Of a DNA stretch of 64,000 nucleotides, positions 16,772 through 43,698 are shown in pieces. The position numbers were made by a program, and so were the translations under genes. Within the stretch, counting starts at the first letter, position 1. Each line of letters opens with the position of its first letter. The notes beneath the pieces were generated by a model, which had not been told where the DNA came from, did not search any database, and saw only the letters and a program-made list of their open reading frames with translations. This DNA is from the human T2T-CHM13v2.0 reference genome, Homo sapiens. The stretch lies in assembly GCF_009914755.1 (NCBI RefSeq), contig NC_060948.1; one strand, given 5' to 3'.

Positions 16772-17142
16772 TTGTCCTAGACTTTTAGCTTGTTCTCCCT
16801 CTTCCCGGCTCCCCTCATCCCAGGTTACAGGCTTATATCAAAGCGTCCAACTGTTGGCAAAACATCAATTTGCATTTTTCAGACATCCAGGGCCAACGTG
16901 CTGCACCTGCCTTCTATTCCCAGACAGGAACTCGGAACATAGGTGGCTGTTTACATATTTGACCGTGCGAGAGGCAGGTACCTGGAAACGTCCGTAGGTG
17001 GAGGATAAGGGGAGACATTCTGCTTCCTGAATGTCATGGATGGGAAGACACACATCCCAGCCCCTGTGGGGGAGGCTCAGAGTGTCCCTCAACAAACAGG
17101 GTCAATTTGTGAGGAAAGAGGGCCGTTGAAAGCTCTGTGATT

Positions 17143-17510
<368 letters not shown>

Positions 17511-17973
17511 TTATAAGTATGGCTCGTGGTGTGTTTTCCAAAGAAGAACCCTCCTTTAACGAGACCCCGCCTAGGCCGGCCGCTGTTGTAAATCTCCTGG
17601 TGGTGTGGACATAGCCAGGGGCTGGAGGTGGACCCCTCTGGATTTGTAGGTAGGAAGCAAAGAAGGGGCAGGTCCACTGCTCACCGCAGTTCCATATTTA
17701 TGACGCGTGGACGCTGGGGAAAGCAACGAGTGTGTCGCAAATGCGGTGAGGCCACCGTTCACCGTATTTTACGCTCACGACTTGTTTTCTTTTCATTTAT
17801 GTCCCGGTCGATGAAAACGAAACGTATTCCTTAAAAAGAACACGCCTGATGCCAAAGAAAGGCACACGAGTGTGGGCGTCCCAGGGTGCAGAGGGCTGGC
17901 ACTAGTTACCCTGGTGACTTTGCCGTGTCCCCTCTCATCCCCAGGATTGGACGTGCAAAGCGTCAGTAGTTAA

Positions 17974-18724
<751 letters not shown>

Positions 18725-18935
18725 TAATTCGGGACAAAGCTGGCGGGATATTGGAGGGAAAAATGGAGCCAGGAATGGGCTCAGAAAAATGGAGGCAGCA
18801 ACGCCTGTAACAGGTTATTTAAAGAATTTTTTAAAAATCCTTGGCTTGGATTAACAAGCAGAGGGTTTCCATTAGAACACAAATCAAGGTGTTAACACCT
18901 ACAGATGTAGCCTACTTTTGTTCTCATTTAAAACA

Positions 18936-19230
18936 TTTTTTTTTTTGAGACAGGGTCTCACCCTGTCGCTCAGACTGGGGTGCAGTGGTGTGATCTCGGC
19001 TCACTACATCTTCCAGCTCCCAGGCTCAAGTGAGCCTCCTACCTCAGCCTCCTGAGTAGCTGGGATTACACAACACGCATGTGCCACCATGCCCAGCTAA
19101 TTTTTATTTTTGTAAAGACAGGGTCTCACTATGTTGCCCAGGCCGGTCTCGAACTCTTGGCCCCAAGCGATCCTCCTGTCTTGGTCTCCCAAAGTGCTCG
19201 AATCACAGGTGTGAGCCACCAAGCCTGGCC
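18936..19230 (-). mobile_element. AluJ SINE
   Basis: Reverse Alu with J-type sequence. Confidence 0.88.
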
Positions 19231-19490
19231 TTCTAGATGCTGGATGCCAGGGCCATCGGAAACCGGAAATCTAGAACAAAAGTGCAGTCATGAGTCAAAG
19301 GGAAGCAAATGTGTCCGTGGAAAACTGCCCGGGCTGGTCTGGTCGGTGGAGGTTGTGACATCAGATCTTCCAACCTCTTCGTGGGAGAAATCAGTCCTAT
19401 TGAAACTACAACCAGGCACTTAAACTGTTTGGAAAGACGAGCTGGTTTTATGAAAGACAATGGTCCTTTCTGTCCATAAGGATGAGATTA

Positions 19491-20242
<752 letters not shown>

Positions 20243-20504
20243 TTATTTATATTCGTCTGTGTTCTTTTCCTGGATAAAATATAAATTAAAACTAAAACCA
20301 AGTAACTGCGGAGAACATTGGCAAAGTTCTGTTATTACAGGAGGGGTATTTCTGAGCAAATAGGATCCCTCCGACCTCATTTTTTTCTGAGATACGACAG
20401 CAAGTGTTAAAAATGAGATGATTGCCAACCAAAAGATAATTCTTTTAAATAATTACCCTTCAAGGGAGAGCAAAAAATTAAAGGAGAACAGGAACTCAGG
20501 CTAA

Positions 20505-21348
<844 letters not shown>

Positions 21349-21379
21349 CATGCAGGTCTTTTAATACGTGCTGAGAACC

Positions 21380-21677
21380 TGTTTTCTTGTCGTCTGGGGC
21401 CTCCTGCATTCGTTGACCTGTGACCATACATCCCATCACCTTCTATCTCCTCTACCTCTCTATGGAAACTCCCTCTGCCTCCCTGGCTCGTGGTCTCTTG
21501 TGTTTACCTTTAAGGCCCAGCCAGATAACCCAGCATAATCCCCCATTTCAAGACCCCTTATCTGAATGGGATCAGCAAAGTTCCTTTTGCCAGACAGCCT
21601 ACTGCATCCACAAGTTCCCGAGATTTGGATGTGTATGTGTATCAGTTCGTACTCACACTGCTATAAAGATCCTACCT
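21380..21677 (-). mobile_element. MaLR LTR fragments (MLT1-like, then a short MST/THE1-like end)
   Basis: GATAACCCAGCATAATCCCCCATTTCAAGACCCCTTA..CAAAGTTCCTTTTGCCA resembles MLT1; TGTATCAGTTCGTACTCACACTGCTATAAAG resembles an MST terminus. Confidence 0.6.
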
Positions 21678-22740
<1,063 letters not shown>

Positions 22741-22974
22741 GATGCTGCACTGGTGATTTTCATTTCTGTCAATGTTAGGGATTGAACATTGTTATATGGT
22801 GATTGCTTCGTCAACCTGATGTTTGGTTGTTCATGTTTGGAAACCCAGACTCCAAAAGGAGGGCAAACACCAGAGGGGATATTTGCTGGTTCTCAACCTG
22901 CCCTACGTGATTGCGTTTGTTTCAGAAGGGGCTGTAAGGAGCTCTTGCCTGCCCCATCTTTCTCTCCCCAACAT

Positions 22975-24196
<1,222 letters not shown>

Positions 24197-24367
24197 AGAT
24201 TTTATTTTCTTCTGCAGAAAGTGGCTTTGCTGGTGGGGAGCCATCCCCCAAGGAAGTGTGAAGTTCCTCTGGAAAAGGGTGAGAGTGTTTTCTCTGCTTC
24301 CATGACCAGGGCTAAGTGGAAACATTGAATCAATATTAACCCCATCCAGTCTTCAAGGCCTTTTTAT

Positions 24368-24369
<2 letters not shown>

Positions 24370-24408
<39 letters not shown>
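24370..24408. repeat. (TG)n microsatellite
   Basis: About 19 perfect TG repeats. Confidence 0.97.
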
Positions 24409-24411
<3 letters not shown>

Positions 24412-24560
24412 TTTCCAGAGACGTCAACCCTCTCTCTGGGATAATGAGAGAAATTTCCTAACAGAGTACTTCTCCCTCGCTCAAAGGGAGTGACATTTTG
24501 TAATGCTTTCTGAAATCAAGCCATTCTGACCCAATGACTTTTCGATGAGTTAAGGGCTAA

Positions 24561-25551
<991 letters not shown>

Positions 25552-26590
25552 ATTGATGAGGTTTTTAATGAGATTTGTGTGAAGGGTTCCTTGGAGACAC
25601 TCGGTAAAGAAAACGACAAATAGTAACAGGTTGCAAAGGAGGTCTCTGCGTAACCTGGGGAGCTGCTGTCCAGGGGTACCTCGAAAGCATGAGGAGCTGC
25701 AGACAGTCCGTAGTTTCCAGCTGACCTGGGCGTGGGCATCTGTGATCTGTGTGTGGCAGGGTGTAAGCAGGCTTTGATGCCTAGACACCTTTTCTTTATT
25801 TAGCAGCTGTAACATCCAATGAACTCTGAACTGTTTATGGGCCTCCTGCTCCCCAAAGGGTACACACCCTGCTTCTGCTGGCTTCATGCCTCAGAACTGT
25901 GGTGTCGTTGGTCTCAGACACCACTTTGCCATCCACTATCCGGAGGGTGGGGGTCTTTTGGATAGTTTGCGTGGAGTTGCTGCTGTCCAGGGCATCACCA
26001 AGACTCTAACAGAGAAGACCAAGCCCCAGTTAGCGTTTGCAGGCATTCGGGGGAGAGGGTGGGGAGAGCGCAGGTCGCTGCCTGTCCCTAGAACCTCACT
26101 GTCTGTCTGAGAAGTGATTAGATTGCAGGCACGTGGAGGGTGGCGGGGATCAACTCTCTCAGGGCCTCTAATCACACGTGGCACTTGCTGTCAGCAAGAC
26201 GGCTTTGGAGCGGGGACGTGGATCATTAGGGATGAACCTGCAGATCATGACAACAAATGGGGTCTTAATCTCCCAAGAAAGGGGATGTCGCCGGCTGGCT
26301 TGGGAGGCAGGGGTCCCCGAGCGCGACGGTGCTGGCTGGCCCGCCTGCATCCCATTTGCAGAGCAAGCTTCTGCGTTCAGGGCCTGGCCGGGCCATGGAA
26401 ATGGCTGGGCTGTGAGCATCGTGAATTCCTGGACCCTGCTGGAAAAGGAAGCGTCTGACGTGGGCAGTGACCGTGACTCACAGAGACATGAAAAGTACAA
26501 AATGTGACCACTTGTTTATAGCTGTAACTAATTTTAGCAGAGGTCTTGGCATCTAGAAAACATACTTTTTTTTTTTTTTCCTTCGGTGAA

Positions 26591-26703
26591 TGTGTAGTAA
26601 AGATATAAGCTTGCCCCCAAACAGATCTGGATTTTGCCTTTGAGCTCTGGGAGGTCACTCTGAAGGACTTAGGATGTCATGCCTGATAAGAATGTCATTA
26701 TTT
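26591..26703 (+). mobile_element. ERVL LTR fragment (MER21-like)
   Basis: GCTTGCCCCCAAACAGATCTGG..TTTGCC..CTGGGAGGT..GATGTCATGCCTGATAAGAATGTC resembles the MER21 5' end (from memory). Confidence 0.5.
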
Positions 26704-26704
26704 C

Positions 26705-28400
<1,696 letters not shown>

Positions 28401-28424
28401 TGCTGATTCAAGATCTACATAGTA

Positions 28425-28755
<331 letters not shown>

Positions 28756-29719
28756 TTATAAGCCTCCATCAGAAACAAACAAACAAAAAAAACAAAGAAA
28801 ACCCAAAACATCTACATAGTTATGAGACTTGACTTTTGGAGCTGACTTTTTGGGATTAAATGACTCAGGTAAACTGGTTTATTTGTATGGCTATCTTTTC
28901 CCCCAGGGAAAGTGTTTGCTCACCTATCCCTACAACAAAATGTAAGCAGATCCAATGAATGAGGTGAATTCTTGGGGTGGATGGAAACTCATCCCATGTG
29001 GCTTTGTCATTTTGATCTCCGTGATGGGATGCGCCGTTTTGTCGAAGAGGGTAGCTGTCCATCTCCCTTCCTGGGGATCCTGGATTCATTAATTTCCTGA
29101 TCACGTATTTCTTTCGTCCCTGCTCTTAATGTCCGTGCCCCAGTTTAGAGGACAGACCTGCCTGAAGGCTTTCTGTATCTCTGAACTGCACTAATCAGCT
29201 GTTCATAACTTCCATAGATGTCTATAAAATGTGCAGCTAGCAGGATTAAATGCTCTACCTTCACCGTACGACAGACAGGAGTGTTCTCACTCACCACCAG
29301 AGCCTGCGCAGATCAGTCCATTAATTAGGTGGCTGTTGCTTGTGTCCGAGATTATTTTCTGCTTATATAGAGGTTTCCCTGGCTGCATCAGCTGACTAGT
29401 TTTCCGAACAGATTTCAGCCATTCTTATTTATTTCCTCAGGCAAAGAAAATGTAAGCTTTTTAAGAGAAAATACTTACCCTACTTTTAATGATAAATAAG
29501 ACAAGGAGAGTTTTCTCCTGTTTAAAAATTCCCTATATGACAAAATACACAGTTAAACTTTGTATGGCTTAAAAATAGCTTGCCCTATCGCTCCATAAAC
29601 CAGGAAATATGGAATTCTTGGATGGCCCTAAAGAAATTTGGTGAGGAATCCAAGCCTTTTAAAAACTAGATAGGCACAATCTAGACACACATATTCAATG
29701 ACAGGTTTTTTTCTTACGT

Positions 29720-31725
29720 ATCTGCCCATTCATCTGCCCATCTATCTCTTCGTCCGTTAATCTTTCCATACATCATTCCACCCACCCATTCATCCATTCA
29801 CCCATCCATCCACCCACTCACCCATCTGCTCATTTATCTACCCATCTATATATCCATCCATCCATCCATCCACCTACCCACTCATCCATCCATTTATCCA
29901 TTATCCATCCAACCTTCCAATCATCTATCCATGCATCCTTCCATCCACCCATCCATCCATCCATCTACTCATTCATTCATTTATCCATTATTCATTCATC
30001 TGTTCATTAATCTATCTATCCATCCATCCACCCATCCATCCAAACTTTCATCCATCCATCCATCCATCCATCCATCCATCCATCCACCTACTGAGAACAT
30101 CCATCCATTTATCCATTATGCATTCAACCTTCCATCCACCCATCCATCTACTCATTCATTCATTTATCCATGATTCATTCATCTGTTCATTCATCTATCC
30201 ATCCACCCACCCATCCATCCAACCTTCCTTCCCTTCATCCATCCATCCACCCACCCATCTACCCATCGATTCATTCATCCACCCAGCCACTCATCTGTTT
30301 ATTCATCTATCCATCCATTCACCCACCCATCCATCTGTCCATCCATCCATCCATCCAACCATTCACCCATCTTCCCATTTATCTACCCATCTATCCATCC
30401 ATACATCCATCCATCCATGCATGCATCCATCCATCCATCCATCCCTCCATCCATCCATCCATCGACCTACCCACTCATCCATCCATTCATCCATTATGCA
30501 TCCAACCTTCCAATCATCCATCTATCTATGCATCCATCCATCCATCCATCCACTCATTCATTCATCTATCCATTATTCATTCATCTATCTATCCATCCGT
30601 CCACTCATCCATCCAGCCTTCCATCCCTTCTTCCATCCATCCACCCACCCATCTACCCATCGATTCATTCATCCACCCAGCCACTCATCTATTTATCTAT
30701 CAATCCATCCATCCATCCATCCATCCACCCACCCACTCACCCATCTGCCCATTTATCTACCCATCTTCCCATCCATCCATCCTTCCATCCATCCATCCAT
30801 CCACCCACTCATCCATCCATCCATCCACCTACCCACTCATCCATCCATTTATCCATTATCCATCCAACCTTCCAATCATCCGTCTATCTATGCATCCTTC
30901 CATCCATCCATCCATCTACTTATTCATTCATCTATCCATTATTCATTCATCTGTTTGTTCATCCATCCATCCATCCATCCATCCATCCAACATTCCATCC
31001 ATTCATCCATCCACCCACTCATGTATTTATTTATCTATCCATCCATTAACCCACCCATCCATCTATCTATTCATCCATCCATCCATCCATCCATCCATCC
31101 ATCCATCCATCCATCCAACGTTCCATCCATTCATCCATCCACCCACTCATGTATTTATTTATCTATCCATCCATTAACCCACCCATCCATCTATCCATCC
31201 ATCCATCCATCCATCCATCCAATCATCCATCTATCCGTCCATCCATTCACTCATGCATCCATCCAATCATCCATTCATCCATCTACCTACCCAATCATCC
31301 ATCCATTCATCTGTTATCTATCCAACCTACCAATCATCCATCTATCTATGCATCCATCCATCCATCCACCCTCCCATCTATCCATATATCCATTCATCCA
31401 TCAATCCAACCACTCATTCTTCCATCTATCCATTTTTCATTCTTCTATTCATTCATCCATCCATCCATCCACTCATCTATTCAGTCATCCATTCACCCAC
31501 CCATCTATCCATCCATTCATCCATCCATCCATTCATTCATCCACACAGCCACTCATCTATTTACTTATCTATCCATCCATCCACCCACCCATCCATCGAT
31601 CTATCCATCCACCCATCCGTCTATCCACTCATCCATCCATCCATTGATCCATTCACCTACCCATTCATCTATCCATCCATGCATCCATCCATCCAATCAT
31701 CCATCTATCCATTCATCCAGCCACC
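29720..31725. repeat. Degenerate (CCAT)n field, ~2 kb
   Basis: Direct reading, with internal longer-period blocks. Confidence 0.95.
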
Positions 31726-31882
31726 TCAATAAGTTGAAGACTATCTGCCCCTTCCTGCAAAAACCTTATAATTTTTTGAAATAAAAGAGTAAGATCAAGG
31801 GTCACCAACATACAATCTTCCCATTTGTTCCCAGGGTACAGCCACACTCTTGCGTTTTTGCATGATCTCTTCTAGGTGAATA

Positions 31883-32750
31883 CTTCTCTCTCTTCCTTCC
31901 TCTCTCTCTCTCTTCTTTCTTTCTTCCTTCCTCTCTCTCTCTCTCCTTTCTTTCTTTCTCTCTTTCTCTCTTTCTTTCTTTCTTTCTTCTTTCTTACTCT
32001 TTCTTTCTTTCTGTTTCTGTCTTTCTTTTTCTCTCTTCCTTTCCTTCTTTCTTTCTTCTTTCTTACTCTTTCTTTCTTTCTGTTTCTTTTTTTCTTTTTC
32101 TCTCTTCCTTTTCTTCCTTCTTTCTTTCTTCTTTCTCTTTCTTTCTTTATTTCTTTCTTCTTTCTCTTTCTCTCTTTCTTTTTCTTTCTCTTTCTCTCTC
32201 TCTTTCTCTCTTTCTTTCTTTCTTTTTTTTTCTTTCTTCTCTCGTCCTTTCCTTCTTTCCTTCTTTCCTGTCTCTCTCTCCCTTTCCCTCCTTCCTTCCT
32301 TGCACATACACACAATCAGGCATAAAACATGCACAAACACACAGAAACACACACAAACGTGCACAAATACACACATATAAACAAATATACACAAACAGAC
32401 GTGCAGAAACACACATGCATGCACAATCATGCAAACAGACACACACAGACACACATACGAGCATGCGGAAACAGACATACATGCACAAATACACACAGAC
32501 AAACATGCACAAACACACACATGCTCAGATACACAAAAAAAACCATGCACAGATACAGACATTCACAAATAAACTCACAAACATGCACAGATACACACAG
32601 TCATGCACACAAACATGCACAAATACACATAAACATACAGACACACAGACGAACATGCACACATATGAATGCACAAATACACGTACACACACACACAAAA
32701 AGCACAAATACATGCACACAAACACATAAAAACACACAAACACACACGTG
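31883..32750. repeat. CT-rich tract followed by a degenerate (CA)n tract
   Basis: Pyrimidine run at 31883-32300; CA-rich at 32301-32750. Confidence 0.92.
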
Positions 32751-32770
32751 CAGAGGAAATATTGTCTATA

Positions 32771-33247
<477 letters not shown>

Positions 33248-34024
33248 TGCGGTGTGATTTTTTATGTACCCAAACATACTAGCATTGCTGCCGGGACGGT
33301 CGACTGCCTGAGATTTCAATGCGTTTGTCGTTCGGATCTGCAAGGGCGATGAAAGTTTTAAAGTCCCCACGTGCTCAGGTGTCCTGTGGGTTGAGGTTCT
33401 TTACAGACAGGTTTCCACTCCCTTTGCTCCCAGATCTGAGCCTCTGCTGAAGACAATGCCTCATCTTCGATGGGAAAAAGGCACAAGTCTTTGGCGATTC
33501 CCTTTTTCGTTCTCATACGTAGAAACCCCACTGTCTTCTTCACGGCCAGTGACTCTGTCGAATGTCCCAAGTCAACCGGGGAGAAAACCCCAAATTATGA
33601 AACAATTAAAAAAAAAATAGTCGTTCGATTTTTTTTTCTTTCCCCCGTAACGTCGTTAGTAGCCCCATGGACTTGAGGTTGCCTTGGGCCAGAAGTTACG
33701 TTTCTCATTAATATACATCAGCTGTTCTCTGTTTCTTTTTTTTTTCATACCGACCGTGGTAGCCAGGCACCTGTCCCCCTTTTGTTCCTCGATAGAGCGT
33801 GTCTGAACGTAAAAGAAAAATTGTCACTTCTCATTACGTGAACTAAGGGTACGAGAATTGATGGGCCTTTCTACCTAATGCTGTTATCCGAACCAGGTTT
33901 GTTTATTTAATGAACAAAATGTCACATCAAATCTGTCTTCCCCTGACGTCTGAACCCCTGGCAGCTGCTGGTGGCAGGGTTTCCTGAAATGGGGAGGTGG
34001 AGAGGGGCTAGCTGGATTAACTAA

Positions 34025-35081
<1,057 letters not shown>

Positions 35082-35284
35082 TGACAGCTTGTCACTTGCA
35101 GAGTTACGCAGTCTAAGCCACTTCATAAATGCAAGGTGCCGACGTGTTGGAAAGGCTGGAGTCCCGGGGTGGAAACACGTATGTCGGGGGCCAGGTGTGT
35201 CCCTGGGGGAACAGCCCATGCGTATCGGATGCCAGGTCTCCGCCCACCCCGGAGCCAGCTCCGCTTGGACTGGCCAGCTTGGGT

Positions 35285-36925
35285 CTGCTCTGGAGAGGGG
35301 ACGTATGGAGAAGCTGCTCTGGAGAGGGGATATATGGGGAGGCTGCTCTGGAGAGGGGATGTATGGAGAGGGGACGTATGGAGAAGCTGCTCTGGAGAGG
35401 GGATGTATGGGGAGGCTGCTCTGGAGAGGGGACATATGGAGAGGCTGCTCTGGAGAGGGGATATATGGGGAGGCTGCTCTGGAGAGGGGACATATGGAGA
35501 GGCTGCTCTGGAGAGGGCATGTATGGAGAGGCTGCTCTGGAGAGGGACATACGGAGAAGGTGCTCTAGAGAGGGGACGTATGGAGAAGGTGCTGTAGAGA
35601 GGGGATATATGGAGAGGCTGCTCTGGAGAGGGGACATATGGGGAGGCTGCTCTGGAGAGGGGATATATGGGGAGGCTGCTCTGGAGAGGGGATATATGGG
35701 GAGGCTGCTCTGGAGAGGGGATATATGGGGAGGCTGCTCTGGAGAGGGGACATATGGAGAGGCTGCTCTGGAGAGGGGACATATGGAGAGGCTGCTCTGG
35801 AGAGGGGACGTATGGGGAGGCTGCTCTGGAGAGGGGATATATGGGGAGGCTGCTCTGGAGAGGGGACATATGGAGAGGCTGCTCTGGAGAGGGCATGTAT
35901 GGAGAGGCTGCTCTGGAGAGGGGACATATGGAGAGGCTGCTCTGGAGAGGGGATGTATGGAGAGGCTGCTCTGGAGAGGGGATGTATGGAGAGGCTGCTC
36001 TGGAGAGGGCATGTATGGAGAGGCTGCTCTGGAGAGGGGACATATGGAGAGGCTGCTCTGGAGAGGGGATATATGGGGAGGCTGCTCTGGAGAGGGGACA
36101 TATGGAGAGGCTGCTCTGGAGAGGGGACATATGGAGAGGCTGCTCTGGAGAGGGGACGTATGGGGAGGCTGCTCTGGAGAGGGGATATATGGGGAGGCTG
36201 CTCTGGAGAGGGGACATATGGAGAGGCTGCTCTGGAGAGGGCATGTATGGAGAGGCTGCTCTGGAGAGGGGACATATGGAGAGGCTGCTCTGGAGAGGGG
36301 ATGTATGGAGAGGCTGCTCTGGAGAGGGGATGTATGGAGAGGCTGCTCTGGAGAGGGCATGTATGGAGAGGCTGCTCTGGAGAGGGGACATATGGAGAGG
36401 CTGCTCTGGAGAGGGGATATATGGGGAGGCTGCTCTGGAGAGGGGACGTATGGAGAGGCTGCTCTGGAGAGGGCATGTATGGAGAGGCTGCTCTGGAGAG
36501 GGGACATATGGAGAGGCTGCTCTGGAGAGGGGATATATGGGGAGGCTGCTCTGGAGAGGGGACATATGGAGAGGCTGCTCTGGAGAGGGCATGTATGGAG
36601 AGGCTGCTCTGGAGAGGGGACATATGGAGAGGCTGCTCTGGAGAGGGGATGTATGGAGAGGCTGCTCTGGAGAGGGGATGTATGGAGAGGCTGCTCTGGA
36701 GAGGGGACATATGGAGAGGCTGCTCTGGAGAGGGGATGTATGGGGAGGCTGCTCTGGAGAGGGGACATATGGAGAAGGTGCTGTAGAGAGGGGATATATG
36801 GAGAGGCTGCTCTGGAGAGGGGATATATGGGGAGGCTGTTCTGGAGAGGGGACGTATGGAGAGGCTGCTCTGGAGAGGGGATGTATGGAGAGAGGGGATG
36901 TATGGAGAGAGGGGATTTATGGAGA
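35285..36925. repeat. G-rich 29-bp minisatellite, ~55 copies
   Basis: Unit GGCTGCTCTGGAGAGGG(G/C)A(C/T)(A/G)TATGG(A/G)GA. Confidence 0.97.
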
Positions 36926-37069
36926 GGTCCCACACCAGGCTCCATCCAAGGAAGGGAGAAGCATTTTCACCCAGGCCCTGTTTACGCTTCGCCGCGCTGT
37001 CCTCTGTCACGCACCGTGGCCGAGACCACAGCTGAACGTCCAGAGGCTGCAGAGAAAAACAGAAGCTGG

Positions 37070-37072
<3 letters not shown>

Positions 37073-37122
<50 letters not shown>
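37073..37122. repeat. (TG)n microsatellite
   Basis: About 25 perfect TG repeats. Confidence 0.97.
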
Positions 37123-37123
<1 letters not shown>

Positions 37124-37129
37124 CATGAC

Positions 37130-37700
37130 AGCCGGGCCTCTGAAGCGCGCCGTGGAAGACGCAGTTGTGAGGATATACGTGGCAATTAAAAATAATTGGC
37201 AAGCAGGTCTCGTTCAGCCCTTCGGAGAATGCAGCGACCATATAATGATGTTTCATTAGCCATGCTGTACACTGCACGCTCCGTATGGCACTCACAATTA
37301 AACAGCCTCATAAAGGAGAGAAGGAGGGAAGAGAGAAACATGAAAAAACCCAAAATACCCCAGCTCAGATTAGCATTGCATGTAATCGGCACTTCATTAG
37401 CTAATTGATTTCTTATTAGTTACAGGCAGTGGCCCAGCTAGGGCTTCTGCACACGTCATTAGCTGCATTTACACCGTTATGCGGATGCTCGTTTTGTAGC
37501 TAAACATTCCTGGAATCAAGGGTGCCTCTGTTGCTTACGGCAATTGCACTCACTTTATTTTATGTTTTCTTGCTAATGTTGGCTTAACCTCCAAATCAAA
37601 AATTCTCTCCCCCTGGAGTGGGGGGGAGCCTCACCAGATTTAATCACAACGTTCAACACAGAGAAACAGGCCACGTCATCCGATCTGAGCTCAGCTACGT
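37130..37700. promoter_or_regulatory. Candidate conserved developmental enhancer (homeodomain-site cluster)
   Basis: Repeat-free; CAATTA-N4-TAATTG palindrome, repeated TCATTAGC, CTCATAAA, CTAATTGATT; conservation not tested. Confidence 0.45.
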
Positions 37701-38089
37701 CTTGTTTGCTGTGTTTTATTTTCAGCTTGTTTTATGGCTCGCCGGAAAAAGCCAGCCGTCTTCCCCGGGGACAGTCATCTCTGGACAGGGTGCATGTCCC
37801 CCCTCACGACGTCCAATGTCACCACGGCTGCATGTCGCACCTTGCAGATGGACAGCTGTAGGCCTGACCACACCTGTCTTTAAATGCTTCTTGGGGTGGT
37901 GGGGCGGGGGGGGGGAAGTTTGCAGAGGTCTGAAATTCACAGGTAACCGTCTCTCTCCATGGCACAGAAATGGATTGCGAACTGGCGTCGGCCACGGAGA
38001 GGCTGCTTGGACCTCAGTGTAGGATTACTTTTGGTTATACGATATTTTATAAGCATATATAATTTGGTTTTCTGATTTTGGGTTTTTTG

Positions 38090-39616
<1,527 letters not shown>

Positions 39617-39811
39617 GCCTTCTATTGTTTTAAATTTTGCAGAATCTCAGTCATGGGAGGCCACCCTCTTTGTGGGGGTGATCGAGGGTGTTTGCTGTAT
39701 GGACGAAGGTGTGGATGAAAATGTTTCCATTTGAAGACACTCACGGACAGTCAATGGGCTGAATTCTGCCCCCCGCCTCACAAGACTCATGTATTGACAA
39801 CCTAACGTCGA

Positions 39812-40560
<749 letters not shown>

Positions 40561-41261
40561 CTAGAAGTCAGTCCTGAAAGAGGCCCTCAGCAAAAAACAT
40601 CAACTAGTAGCAATAAGGGATAGGCAGAATCTATAAAACAGAATTTTATAAAGTAACTCACTGCACTCAGATAAAATGCGCTGTAAGAAAAATGTCACTA
40701 ATTTATATTAACTCTGAATAACACCATTCTCCACGACTGAACAGCAGGTATTACAGAACGTTACAAAAATACGCTTACTTTCCATGAGTATGATATTGGA
40801 TACTTCCAAAGTTTTGATGAATAGTGCTTGGGTGGAAAATCTGATTATTTGATAGACAATCACAATTAATCTCACATTTTCAGATGCAAAAAAAAAAAAA
40901 GTGCTTCTAAGCTACGGAAAGTCTTGCTTTCTTAAGTAATTCCAGCTTCTCTCCTGAAATCTTTACACAGTTAATTTACTCAGCCTTTGGTTAATAGCCT
41001 GTGCTAAGATAAATTTCTGCGTAAATTCTGAATTTATGAGATCCCAAGTAATGAAGTTTTATTGAAGAGACATCCCGTTCCTGATATAATTTTAATGTCA
41101 TCATCATCAATTATGTTCCTAGTCCAATAGCCCTAACCTTGCAAAATTTATTTCCATCAAACGAACAAAAGTCACACACACACAAACACACACACACACA
41201 CAGAGGATTCATTAAGAGCGGCAAAGATAAAATCATTACCACATCCATCTTGAGAAGTTGA

Positions 41262-41685
<424 letters not shown>

Positions 41686-41785
41686 GATCATATGTATTTT
41701 TAAAGACGGGGAAATAAAGCCAGCATTGCTCCTGATTTCCTTCCCTGGTCTTTGTCCCCTCCCAGAAGATAAGAAGACGCTTTAA

Positions 41786-43690
<1,905 letters not shown>

Positions 43691-43698
43691 GAAGCCTG

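Noticed and set aside
35113-37295. 382-664-aa repetitive ORFs on both strands
   Set aside because: The 29-bp unit is mostly stop-free, so all six frames are open; no splice or promoter context
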